Assembly (NCBI GenBank): GCA_033763315.1
Contig: JANRKS010000019.1
Coordinates: 459,311 to 523,310 of the forward strand
Origin: Deltaproteobacteria bacterium
GTDB lineage: Bacteria > Myxococcota_A > Polyangia > Fen-1088
Reading direction: 5' to 3'
DNA: 64,000 nucleotides
In this document: positions 31,149-39,982 of the stretch, one piece after another
Position numbering within the stretch: the stretch's first letter is position 1
Layout: each line of letters starts with the position of its first letter
Program-made: the position numbers and the translations under genes
Notes under the pieces: model-generated
The model's database searches: none
What the model was told of the DNA's origin: nothing
What the model saw: only the letters and a program-made list of their open reading frames with translations

Positions 31149-31205
31149 GGAAGATGTCTCCTTAGTGTTTTCAGACGAGATGTGATGAGCAGGCGGTGCC
31201 AGAGG

Positions 31206-32507
31206 TTACGAGACGTAACCGGTAAAGGCCCCGGAACCAACCAATTGATCGAAGTCGCCCAACTTGGGGCCGATGAGGCTGGGCTTCCGCACGCGGTCAA
31301 CCAGCGGATCTTGCGTTTTGAGGCCTTGGCCTGTGATGGACAAAACCACCGGACCATCGTTGGAACCAATGCGGCCTTGTTGCACCAATTTTTTGGCGGC
31401 ACCCAAAGTCACGCCGCCTGCCGTTTCGGTGAAAATGCCCTCGTTTTCCGCCAGAGCCAAGATGGCTTCGCAAATATCGTCATCGTTGGGCAACGCGGCG
31501 AAACCGCCTGAACCCAGCATTGACTGGCGGGCGTAGATGGCGTCGGCAGGGTTGCCGATGGCCAAGCTTTTGGCGATCGTTTGCGGGGTTTTCACCGGCT
31601 TTACGTAATCACGCTCCTCCACAACCATCGACGCGATCGGGCCGCAGCCGGCCGCTTGTGCGCCGTGGATCTTGGTGGCGCGTGATTCCACAAAGCCAAG
31701 CTTCGTGAATTCCTTGAACGCCTTATCGATCTTGGTGATGAGCGAGCCACCGGCCATGGGCACAACCACGTGCGCCGGCACTTTCCAGCCCAGTTGCTCG
31801 GCGATTTCATAGCCAAATGCCTTTGAGCCTTCGGCGTAAAACGGCCGCAAGTTCACGTTCACGAAGCCCCAACCGTACTTGCCCGCGATCTCGGAGCACA
31901 AGCGGTTGACGTCATCGTAAGTGCCGTTGACGCCCACGACGCGCGCGCCGTAAACGCTGGTGGCCAGAACCTTTGCAGGTTCGAGGTCGTGCGGAATCAA
32001 AATGACGGCGGGCATACCCACGGACGCCGCTTGCGACGCGGTGGCATTCGCCAGGTTGCCTGTGCTGGCGCACGCCACAACCTTGATACCGAATTCGCGT
32101 GCCTTGCTGATCGCCACAGACACCACGCGGTCCTTGAAAGACAGGGTGGGGTAGCTAACCGAATCGTTCTTAAGCCACAGCTCTTTGACGCCCAGCCATT
32201 TGGCCAAGCGATCGGCCTTCACAAGCGGGGTCATTCCGGTTTGCGCACCCACCGAGGGTGGGCCATCAAGCGGCAACAGCTCAGCGTAACGCCACATCGA
32301 GTTCATGCGGTTCTCGATCGCTTTGCGCGTGAGCGACTTCGCGATGGCCTCGTAGTCGTAGGCGATTTCCAATGGCCCAAAGCAGAACTCACACACGTGA
32401 ATCGGTTGCTTCGGGTACTCGCTGCCGCACTCGCGGCACTTCATGGCTTTGACGAAAGACACTTCGCTTTGGTTCTTGCTGAGGTTATGGGCTGACACGG
32501 CGTTCAT
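31206..32507 (-). CDS. Threonine-synthase-like PLP enzyme with N-terminal Zn ribbon
   Basis: CRECG..CEFCFG, PTLSFKDR, CASTGNLA, NLRPFYAEGSK, IAKSLAIGNPAD, ITGQGLKT. Confidence 0.9.
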   Translation of the reverse strand: MNAVSAHNLSKNQSEVSFVKAMKCRECGSEYPKQPIHVCEFCFGPLEIAYDYEAIAKSLTRKAIENRMNSMWRYAELLPLDGPPSVGAQTGMTPLVKADRLAKWLGVKELWLKNDSVSYPTLSFKDRVVSVAISKAREFGIKVVACASTGNLANATASQAASVGMPAVILIPHDLEPAKVLATSVYGARVVGVNGTYDDVNRLCSEIAGKYGWGFVNVNLRPFYAEGSKAFGYEIAEQLGWKVPAHVVVPMAGGSLITKIDKAFKEFTKLGFVESRATKIHGAQAAGCGPIASMVVEERDYVKPVKTPQTIAKSLAIGNPADAIYARQSMLGSGGFAALPNDDDICEAILALAENEGIFTETAGGVTLGAAKKLVQQGRIGSNDGPVVLSITGQGLKTQDPLVDRVRKPSLIGPKLGDFDQLVGSGAFTGYVS

Positions 32508-33268
32508 GGGTTCTCGCTCCGACGGTGCAAGGGCTGGCAGGCCGGGGCGCCGTAGGCCCGAGCGTCCAAGCCGGTGATCGCAGGCGCATCACCACACACC
32601 CGACAAGCGGGATTGCGGCGGAAGGTGATGGTGCGCATGGTCATGGCGGGCGAATCATAGCGGATGAGACGGCCGGAAAAGGCTGGTGTCTTACCACAAA
32701 GTAAACGAATCGCCTCGTTCGCTTGTGCAGATCCCAAAACCCCCGGCACGGGTCCCAAAACGCCCGCTTCGGCGCAGTTGGGCGCGTCGGCGCCAGAAGG
32801 TAGCTCCTCGAACAGGCACCGGTAACAAGGTCGCCCCCCCGCTGGCACCGTGATGAGCTGGCCCATCGTGCCCACAGCTGCGGCGTGCACAAAGGCTTTG
32901 CCCCCAAGCACGCACGCATCGTTGACCAAGAACTTGGTTTCCAGGTTGTCGGAGCCGTCCAGAACCACGTCGTGCGCGGCGACCAACGCGGCGGCGTTCA
33001 GGGTTGAAAAACGTTCACGGCGCGGCGTGACCGCGGTTTGCGGAAAACGCTTGCGTAAAAAACCGGCGATGGAATCCACTTTGGGATGGCCGATGAACGC
33101 GTCCGTGTGAAGCACCTGGCGGTGCAGGTTCGACTCATCGACCAAGTCGTCATCCAGCACTGTAAGTTCCGCCAGGCCGGCGGCGACCAACGTTAAGGCT
33201 GCGCCACAGCCCAAACCACCAGCGCCAATTAACAACACCCGGCCGGGCAACAACGCAGAAGCACTCAC
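32504..33268 (-). CDS. ThiF/MoeB-family adenylyltransferase (E1-like), N-terminally short
   Basis: IGAGGLG, DESNLHRQ, DGSDN, CYRC, NCAEAG, CRVC. Start GTG 33268 overlaps the cysK stop (GTGA). Confidence 0.93.
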   Translation of the reverse strand: MSASALLPGRVLLIGAGGLGCGAALTLVAAGLAELTVLDDDLVDESNLHRQVLHTDAFIGHPKVDSIAGFLRKRFPQTAVTPRRERFSTLNAAALVAAHDVVLDGSDNLETKFLVNDACVLGGKAFVHAAAVGTMGQLITVPAGGRPCYRCLFEELPSGADAPNCAEAGVLGPVPGVLGSAQANEAIRLLCGKTPAFSGRLIRYDSPAMTMRTITFRRNPACRVCGDAPAITGLDARAYGAPACQPLHRRSENP

Positions 33269-34254
33269 GAGCGGGAACCCGGCTCCGCCAGACCCGGGAA
33301 CTGTTTGGCGAACGCTTCGTCGGTGCTGAAGTAACGTTCCCCGGTGTCGCACAAAACAGTGACCACCGTTTTGCCTGGACCAAGCGCGGCCGCCACTTCC
33401 AAAGCCACCTTCACTGACGCGCCAGCCGAGATGCCCACCAGCAAGCCTTCTTTGCGGGCCAACGCCAACTTGGTGCGTTGCGCGTCTTCCTCGGTCACGC
33501 GACGAACGTCCGACAACAAACTGCGATCCAGAATGTCTGGAACGAAGCCAGCGCCGATGCCGTCGATGCGGTGTTCGCCGGGCAGTCCGCCCGATAGCAC
33601 GGGGCTGCGATCGGGTTCGACGGCGATCAACAACACGTTGGGGTTTGCCCTGCGAAACGCCTGACCCACGCCGGTGATCGTGCCGCCCGTGCCAACGCCG
33701 GCCACGAACGCATCAGGCTTGCGGCCGTCCAACGTTTGCAGCTGCGCCAAGATCTCCGGCCCGGTGGTGTGCCTGTGGGCCGCCGGGTTGGCTGGGTTCT
33801 TGAATTGTTGCAACATGACGAACGAAGGGTTTTCTTCGCATAGCTCAAGAGCCTTGCGAACGGCGCCGTTCATCACGTCAGCGGCGGGCGTGAGATGCAG
33901 TTCCGCGCCATAGGCCTTCAACAACATGCGACGCTCGAGCGACATGTTGTCGGGCATCGTGAGGATGAGCCGGTAGCCTTTGACGGCGCACACCAACGCC
34001 AGGCCCACGCCCGTGTTGCCAGAGGTGGGCTCGACCAACACCGTCTTACCAGGCACCAAGCGTCCCTCGCGTTCGGCGGTTTCGATCATGGAAAGCGCGA
34101 CGCGATCTTTAACGCTGCCACCAGGGTTGAAATGCTCGCACTTGGCGAACACATCCGCCGACGCTGCGCCGGGCAGATTTCGCAAGCGCACAAGCGGGGT
34201 GCCGCCGATCAGCGCCAGCATGTTGCGAACCACAGGAAGGTCAGGGCGGGACAC
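33265..34254 (-). CDS. cysK: Cysteine synthase A
   Basis: NPGGSVKDR, EPTSGNTG, MSLERR, QQFKNPANP, GVGTGGT, HRIDGIGAGFVP, DTGERYFST. Confidence 0.93.
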   Translation of the reverse strand: MSRPDLPVVRNMLALIGGTPLVRLRNLPGAASADVFAKCEHFNPGGSVKDRVALSMIETAEREGRLVPGKTVLVEPTSGNTGVGLALVCAVKGYRLILTMPDNMSLERRMLLKAYGAELHLTPAADVMNGAVRKALELCEENPSFVMLQQFKNPANPAAHRHTTGPEILAQLQTLDGRKPDAFVAGVGTGGTITGVGQAFRRANPNVLLIAVEPDRSPVLSGGLPGEHRIDGIGAGFVPDILDRSLLSDVRRVTEEDAQRTKLALARKEGLLVGISAGASVKVALEVAAALGPGKTVVTVLCDTGERYFSTDEAFAKQFPGLAEPGSRS

Positions 34255-34255
34255 G

Positions 34256-34615
34256 TTAAGGCCTTTCGCCGATGTCTACGATGCTGCACGCATTGATGGG
34301 GTCAAGTCCCAGCTTCTCAGCTTCAGCGATGAGGGCGTCGCTTTCCGCGCCGGGGTTCACCCAAAATTCCTTGGGGGCCTTGTCACGAATGGCAGGCAGC
34401 AACGCCAAGCCGACGGCCGGGGGCACATAAAGCGAGATGCGGTCGATGGCTTCGCTGATGTCTTCCAAACGCCTGACCACGGGCAGCCCTTCAATCGTTT
34501 CTTCGCTTGGGTTCACCGGGATCACTTTCCAACCCTGGCGTTGGTAAGCACGAACGGCTTTGTTGCCGAACTTCTTCGGATCATTTGAAGCGCCCACAAC
34601 CACGACGGTAGGCAC
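34256..34615 (-). CDS. CoA-binding domain protein (YccU-like)
   Basis: VVGASNDPKKFG, IPVNP, WVNPGAES. Start reassigned to GTG 34615. Confidence 0.88.
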   Translation of the reverse strand: MPTVVVVGASNDPKKFGNKAVRAYQRQGWKVIPVNPSEETIEGLPVVRRLEDISEAIDRISLYVPPAVGLALLPAIRDKAPKEFWVNPGAESDALIAEAEKLGLDPINACSIVDIGERP

Positions 34616-34616
34616 C

Positions 34617-34952
34617 TTACAGGCCTTCCGTTTCGGCGGCCGTGCGGCCGCACTCTGAACATCGGCCTTGAGCGTCCAGCAGGCCAGTGCAGGCGCCATC
34701 AGGACACAAGCGGCGGCTTGGATCCAGGCCGGACAGCTCTGACGAATCGTCGGCGGAAGCGGAAAACACAACCTCCCCCGCCTCAGGCGCAAGATTCGTC
34801 TCGGGCCCGAGCGAGGCCACGGTGGGTGCATTCACAAACGTTCGGCGGCATTCGGCGCACCAGCCGGATTCGTCCAACACGCCCGTGCAGGCACCATCCG
34901 GACACAGCCGGCGGGTGGTCGGATCAAACGCGGTCTCTTCGGTCGCACTCAT
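34617..34952 (-). CDS. Small protein with two tandem Cys4 (Cx4Cx9Cx2C) repeats
   Basis: RRLCPDGACTGVLDESGWCAEC and RRLCPDGACTGLLDAQGRCSEC; stop lies 1 bp before the next start. Confidence 0.8.
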   Translation of the reverse strand: MSATEETAFDPTTRRLCPDGACTGVLDESGWCAECRRTFVNAPTVASLGPETNLAPEAGEVVFSASADDSSELSGLDPSRRLCPDGACTGLLDAQGRCSECGRTAAETEGL

Positions 34953-35051
34953 GGGTGTGGCAAATCCAAACAATCAAGGAAAACATTCAGGAAAGCGAGG
35001 CCCAGGCTTTGAAAGCCGCCCCGGAACAAGGCATATAGTGACGCACTCGCC

Positions 35052-36275
35052 ATGTCCACTCCATCGTCAACGTCATCAGGCAGGTTTGGGCCCTTCGGGG
35101 GCCGTTATGTGTCGGAAACACTGATTCCGTCACTCGACGAATTGACGGCGGCTTGGGAGCGCGAGTCAAAGAACCCTGAGTTTCTGGCTGAAGTGGACCG
35201 GCTGCTCAAGGACTACGTGGGCCGCCCAACGCCGCTTTCACGTGCGGATCGCTTGGCTGCTGACCTGCTCAAGGAAACCGGCAAGCGTGTGCGGCTTTAC
35301 CTAAAGCGCGAGGACTTGTGCCACACGGGCGCGCACAAGATCAACAACACCATCGGCCAAGTGCTGCTGGCAAAGCGGATGGGAAAAACGCGCATCATCG
35401 CCGAGACGGGCGCGGGCCAGCACGGCGTTGCCACGGCCACGGCGTGTGCTTTGTTCGGAATGCCGTGTGAGGTCTACATGGGCGCGGTGGACGTGGAGCG
35501 ACAAGCGCTCAACGTGTTCCGCATGAAGCTGCTGGGCGCCAAAGTTCACGCCGTCACAGGCGGAACGGCCACACTTAAAGACGCCATGAACGAGGCCCTG
35601 CGCGACTGGGTCACGAACGTGCGCGACACCTACTACGTGATCGGTTCGGTGGCGGGGCCGCACCCGTACCCGACGCTGGTGCGCGATCTCCAGGCCGTGA
35701 TCGGCCGTGAGGCGCGCGCGCAGGTACTGGAAGCCACAGGCCAACTGCCTGATGCGGCCGTGGCTTGCGTGGGCGGCGGCTCGAACGCTATGGGCTTGTT
35801 CCACGCGTTTGTTCCGGATGCCACGGTTCAGCTTTTCGGCGTCGAAGCGGCGGGCGACGGCGTGAACACGGGGCGGCACGCGGCCACGCTCACGGCGGGC
35901 AAAGTGGGCGTGTTGCACGGGTCGAAATCCTACGTTTTGTGCGACGACGAAGGCCAAATCGCCGAAGCGCATTCAATTTCAGCGGGCTTGGATTACCCAG
36001 GCGTGGGGCCCGAGCACTCGTATCTGAAAGACACGGGCCGGGCGAAATACGTTTCTGTCACCGACACAGAGGCGCTGGCGGGCCTGCAACGTTTGGGGCG
36101 CAACGAAGGCATCTTGTGCGCGCTCGAAACCGCGCACGCTGTGGCAGCGCTGCCGCAAGTGCTGGCGCAGTTGCCTGACAACGCGGTGGTGGTTGTGAAC
36201 ATCTCGGGCCGCGGCGACAAAGACATGGGGCACGTGGCCAAGGCGTTGGGCGTTGAGCTGGGAGGCAAAGCTTAA
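35052..36275 (+). CDS. trpB: Tryptophan synthase beta chain
   Basis: [57 protein letters not shown]. Confidence 0.98.
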   Translation: MSTPSSTSSGRFGPFGGRYVSETLIPSLDELTAAWERESKNPEFLAEVDRLLKDYVGRPTPLSRADRLAADLLKETGKRVRLYLKREDLCHTGAHKINNTIGQVLLAKRMGKTRIIAETGAGQHGVATATACALFGMPCEVYMGAVDVERQALNVFRMKLLGAKVHAVTGGTATLKDAMNEALRDWVTNVRDTYYVIGSVAGPHPYPTLVRDLQAVIGREARAQVLEATGQLPDAAVACVGGGSNAMGLFHAFVPDATVQLFGVEAAGDGVNTGRHAATLTAGKVGVLHGSKSYVLCDDEGQIAEAHSISAGLDYPGVGPEHSYLKDTGRAKYVSVTDTEALAGLQRLGRNEGILCALETAHAVAALPQVLAQLPDNAVVVVNISGRGDKDMGHVAKALGVELGGKA

Positions 36276-37088
36276 ATGGCCGCTGCTTCGACACGCATTG
36301 CCCAAGCGTTCGCGAAGGCCACCGCCGAAGGCCGCAAGGCGCTGGTCATTTACCTTACCGCCGGTGATCCCAACATCGAAACCAGCTTCGAGCTCATCCT
36401 GGCTGCGGCGGATGCCGGCATGGATGTGCTTGAGCTCGGCATTCCGTGGAGCGATCCCTCAGCCGATGGTTTGGCGATTCAAGGCGCCATGCAACGGGCT
36501 CTGGAGGCGGGCGGCGGAATGTCCGCGGCCCTGAAGCTATGTAGACGGTTGCGTGAGGCGCGCCCCGCGCTGCCGATTGTTCTGTTCGGTTATGCGAACC
36601 CCATCGTCGTCAAAGGCTGTGCTGCCTTCGCGAAGGCGGCGCGCGAGGCCGGGGCCGACGCCGTGTTGTGCGTGGACTGGCCGGCCGATGAGGATCGCGA
36701 GCTGCCGAACGCCCTGGCGGCCGAAGGTCTGGCGTTTGTGCCCCTGTTGGCACCCACGTCCACGCCCGATCGTGTGCGGGCGGCGTTAGACGTGGCCGGC
36801 GGTTTCGTTTATTACGTTTCGCTCACCGGCATCACGGGCGCCAAGCTCACGGATTTCTCCGGCCCTGCGGCGCACGTGGCCCAAATCCGCGCGGCCGCCG
36901 AAAACCGCTTGCCCGTCGTGGTGGGCTTCGGCATCGCGACCGCCGCCGATGTCAAGACGGTGGCTGCCTTCGCGGACGGGGTCGTGGTGGGCAGCGCCGC
37001 CGTGCGGGTCATCGAGACGACGCCCAAAGATGGGGTTTCCAAGGCCTTGTCCACAATGATTGGCGGATTGGCCGCCGGCTTAAAATAG
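36276..37088 (+). CDS. trpA: Tryptophan synthase alpha chain
   Basis: YLTAGDP, ELGIPWSDPSADG, YYVSLTGITG, VGFGI, DGVVVGSA. Confidence 0.97.
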   Translation: MAAASTRIAQAFAKATAEGRKALVIYLTAGDPNIETSFELILAAADAGMDVLELGIPWSDPSADGLAIQGAMQRALEAGGGMSAALKLCRRLREARPALPIVLFGYANPIVVKGCAAFAKAAREAGADAVLCVDWPADEDRELPNALAAEGLAFVPLLAPTSTPDRVRAALDVAGGFVYYVSLTGITGAKLTDFSGPAAHVAQIRAAAENRLPVVVGFGIATAADVKTVAAFADGVVVGSAAVRVIETTPKDGVSKALSTMIGGLAAGLK

Positions 37089-37108
37089 CGGCGTTCGCTT
37101 GCCGGGCT

Positions 37109-37438
37109 TCAATCCTCAAGCGGGCCCACGCGCGTTCGTATGTCCGTGACCAGGGGCTCGCCCAGGTCGGCAAGCATGCGTTCCATCAACGTTCGTTTGC
37201 ACATCGTAAGCTCTTGCGCCAAGGCCGAGCTTTCCAAGCGCACGATGAGCGTTCCCTCTTTAAGCCGCTCGGGGCGTGAGTGTTTCGAAAGCTGCGCCCC
37301 TGCGGCGGCGTCGTAAGCCATGAACACGCGTTGCTCCACGCTGCGTGCGGCCCCGCCCAGGCGCGCCACAACTTGCGGCAGCAGGTCCGCGAAGGTTTGC
37401 GGAACTGTGTGGCTTGGCCTTCGCGTGGGGCGCTTCAT
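37109..37438 (-). CDS. DUF721 / DciA-family protein
   Basis: AAG..SKHSRPERLKEGTLIVRLESSALAQEL..VTDIRTRVG pattern. Confidence 0.8.
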   Translation of the reverse strand: MKRPTRRPSHTVPQTFADLLPQVVARLGGAARSVEQRVFMAYDAAAGAQLSKHSRPERLKEGTLIVRLESSALAQELTMCKRTLMERMLADLGEPLVTDIRTRVGPLED

Positions 37439-37548
37439 GGCTTCGCTCTTACGGCCGCGGCGCGAGGGAAGCAAGCTGTTTTGGACGCACCCCTAACGTT
37501 GTTCTTTCGCGCCCGTTTCACGCATGTGATCGGCTATCATCCGCACCC

Positions 37549-37941
37549 ATGTCCCACCAATCCATCTCCACGCCTTCAGCCCCAAGCGCGATTGGTCCCT
37601 ACGTGCAAGCGAAGGTGGCGCTGGGCTCGCGCATGGTGTTCTGCTCGGGCCAAATCCCGTTGGACCCGGCTTCGGGCGCCTTTGTGGGCGAGGGCGACGT
37701 TTCGGCGCAAACGCACAGGGTGCTGCAAAACTTAGGCGCGGTGTTGGAGGCGGCGGGGGTGGGTTTCAGCGAAGTCGTCAAGACCACTATCTTCTTGGTG
37801 GATATGGCTGACTTCGCAGTGGTGAACCAAGTTTACGCCACGTATTTCACGGGCGAATTTCCAGCCCGTGCAACGGTGGCCGTGGCCGCGTTGCCGCGAG
37901 GCGCGCGTGTTGAGATCGAAGCCATTGCGATTGCGGCTTAG
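37549..37941 (+). CDS. RidA/YjgF-family deaminase
   Basis: APSAIGPYVQA, SGQIPLDP, VVKTTIFL.DM.DF..VN.VY, PARATV, VEIEAIA. Confidence 0.95.
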   Translation: MSHQSISTPSAPSAIGPYVQAKVALGSRMVFCSGQIPLDPASGAFVGEGDVSAQTHRVLQNLGAVLEAAGVGFSEVVKTTIFLVDMADFAVVNQVYATYFTGEFPARATVAVAALPRGARVEIEAIAIAA

Positions 37942-39979
37942 GCAGCGCGCCTCACTCAAAGCCATTTTGTGGGCGCCGCCCGTGCTGTGCCTGCTTGCGG
38001 TGGCTTGCCACAAGCGGCCCGCTGTTACGCCCGCCACGCCCGGCAGCGTGGAAGGCAAGGTGACCGCCACGCACGGCGTTTCCTTGCACGGTTTGAAGGT
38101 TGCCTTGAGGCGCGCCAACACGGTGGGCGGGACGTTGTCGGCGGCCACCACCACCGATGCCTCCGGGCGCTTCCGCGTGGCCCCCGTGGCGCCCGGTCAA
38201 TACATCATCGAATGCGAAATCGCGGGGCGCTCCGCCTCGGTTGGTTTGGTGGTTCAACCGGGTGAAACGCTGCGAACGGTGCTCCGCCTGCAAGATCCTG
38301 CCCGGCTCACCGGGCGCGTCTTGGACCGCAAGGGCAATCCCGTGCCGTCCGCGCTGGTTTTGGTGTGGCCCAGCGGTCAAGGCACAACCCAAGCCCAAGA
38401 AAGCGTCACCAGCGAGCAGGGCACTTTCGTCTTCGAGCAACTGTTTCCCGGGAATCTCAGCGTGCTCGTGCAGGCGGCAGGCATCGGGTCCGTGAAATTG
38501 GATCCCGTCTCGGTTCCGTCACGCCCGCTGGTCATAAACCTCGACGGCGTGGGCCTCAGCATTGAAGGCAGCGTGGTGGGGCCGAAAGGTCCTGAGCCAC
38601 AGGCCACCGTTCGCCTGGGTGGCGCCGGTTTGCGTTCGGCCCGCACCACGGAGACAGACACGCAAGGGCGCTTTCGGTTTCACGGGCTGGGGCCGGGCGA
38701 GTACGCATTGCGGGCGGGCACAGTGGTGTTGGCGTCATCGACCCGGGCCGTCACCGTTGCAGATGCCGATGTCACGGGCGAGCCATTGCGATTGGGCCCG
38801 GGGGAAGTGATCTCGGGCAACGTGATCGATGGCGCACGCAAACCTTTGGGCGGCGCACGCGTGGTGGTGCAGGCCGTGCCTCCCGACGATTGCCCCGAAG
38901 TTCTCACGCCCGACGTGGTTGGATATTTTTCCACCATCGCGCTGCCGCGCGGGCAATACGAAGTCAGCGCCGCCATGCCCGGTTTCGTGGCTGAGGCGCC
39001 GCAGCGGATCACGATCAATGGAAGACCGCCAGCGCTTTCCCTGGCGCTTTTTCGCGCCGGCCGCGTTGTGGGCCGCGTGGTGTTGCCAAATGGCAAACCA
39101 GCCGCGGGGGCGCAGATCAACGTCACCTCACCCGCGGGCTCGCGTTACCCACGCGATCGGCTGCCAGTGGTGTCGGGAAACTTGCCCCTTGCTGCGGAAG
39201 CCGCTGCCTTGGGCACGCAACTTTTGCCTCATGTCATGCGAACGCGTTCGGTGACCGCCGATGCCAAGGGCACATTCTCGTTGGGTGAACTGCGGCCCGG
39301 ATCGTATGGCTTGGCTGCGTCGCTTGAAGGGGCAGGGCGGGTGACGGCGAAACCGCGGCTTGTGACGGAAGGCACCGCCACCGATTTCGGTACGCTCACG
39401 CTTGTGCCCGTGGTGTCGGCCGCTCCCACAATCACCCCGATGCCCACGGGCGCACGCACGCTTATTGGCACAGTCAAAGACGCCAAAGGCAAGAAGGTGC
39501 CGAACGCTTCGGTGGCCGTCGGTCTCACAGCTGACCCATCGTCCGAGTTCGTCAGCACCATCGCAAACTCGGAAGGCAACTTTGTGTTTTCGAGCTTGCC
39601 CGATGGCAAAGCCCTCACGGTGCGCGCGCGCCACCCCGAACTCGGCAGCACAGCGCTGCCGGTGGGTGGCACGGACAAAAGCGTGGCACTGCGTTTCTTG
39701 GCGCCCGGAGGAATCGAGGGCGAGGTTGTGGACGCGCGCGGACGCTTCGTGCAAGACGCACGCGTCAGCCTGCGATCGGCCGACGGCACGCTAGGCCCGC
39801 CGGTTCAGATGGCGGGGGCTGGGTTTCGAGCCCTGGGCGTTCCCTCCGGCAGCTGGACGCTGGTGGTGCAGATTGGCGACGCCCCCCCCGCCATACAGAT
39901 GCCCCTTGAGGTCCCACCGGCGGCACAGCCTGGTGTGGCTTCGCTGCGTGGCATCCGCGTAAAGCTTCCGAAGCCATAA
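37931..39979 (+). CDS. Lipoprotein with multiple carboxypeptidase-regulatory-like (prealbumin-fold) repeats
   Basis: Lipobox LAVAC; about 7 repeats of G.V.D..G.P..GA.V..TD..G.F....L.PG.Y; start uncertain. Confidence 0.8.
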   Translation: MRLRQRASLKAILWAPPVLCLLAVACHKRPAVTPATPGSVEGKVTATHGVSLHGLKVALRRANTVGGTLSAATTTDASGRFRVAPVAPGQYIIECEIAGRSASVGLVVQPGETLRTVLRLQDPARLTGRVLDRKGNPVPSALVLVWPSGQGTTQAQESVTSEQGTFVFEQLFPGNLSVLVQAAGIGSVKLDPVSVPSRPLVINLDGVGLSIEGSVVGPKGPEPQATVRLGGAGLRSARTTETDTQGRFRFHGLGPGEYALRAGTVVLASSTRAVTVADADVTGEPLRLGPGEVISGNVIDGARKPLGGARVVVQAVPPDDCPEVLTPDVVGYFSTIALPRGQYEVSAAMPGFVAEAPQRITINGRPPALSLALFRAGRVVGRVVLPNGKPAAGAQINVTSPAGSRYPRDRLPVVSGNLPLAAEAAALGTQLLPHVMRTRSVTADAKGTFSLGELRPGSYGLAASLEGAGRVTAKPRLVTEGTATDFGTLTLVPVVSAAPTITPMPTGARTLIGTVKDAKGKKVPNASVAVGLTADPSSEFVSTIANSEGNFVFSSLPDGKALTVRARHPELGSTALPVGGTDKSVALRFLAPGGIEGEVVDARGRFVQDARVSLRSADGTLGPPVQMAGAGFRALGVPSGSWTLVVQIGDAPPAIQMPLEVPPAAQPGVASLRGIRVKLPKP

Positions 39980-39982
39980 ACC

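Noticed and set aside
33269-33352. Longer N-terminus for MoeB given by the ORF track (MRHRGTLLQHRRSVRQ..)
   Set aside because: It would overlap the conserved cysK C-terminus by 88 bp and lacks the PE.G..GQ pattern. A GTGA-coupled start at 33268 is more plausible. Its RSVRQ could mimic an Arg finger, so it remains a caveat for the heterodimer hypothesis.
34616-34831. N-terminal extension of the CoA-binding protein
   Set aside because: It overlaps the Cys4-repeat gene in another frame; GTG 34615 gives a normal-length domain.
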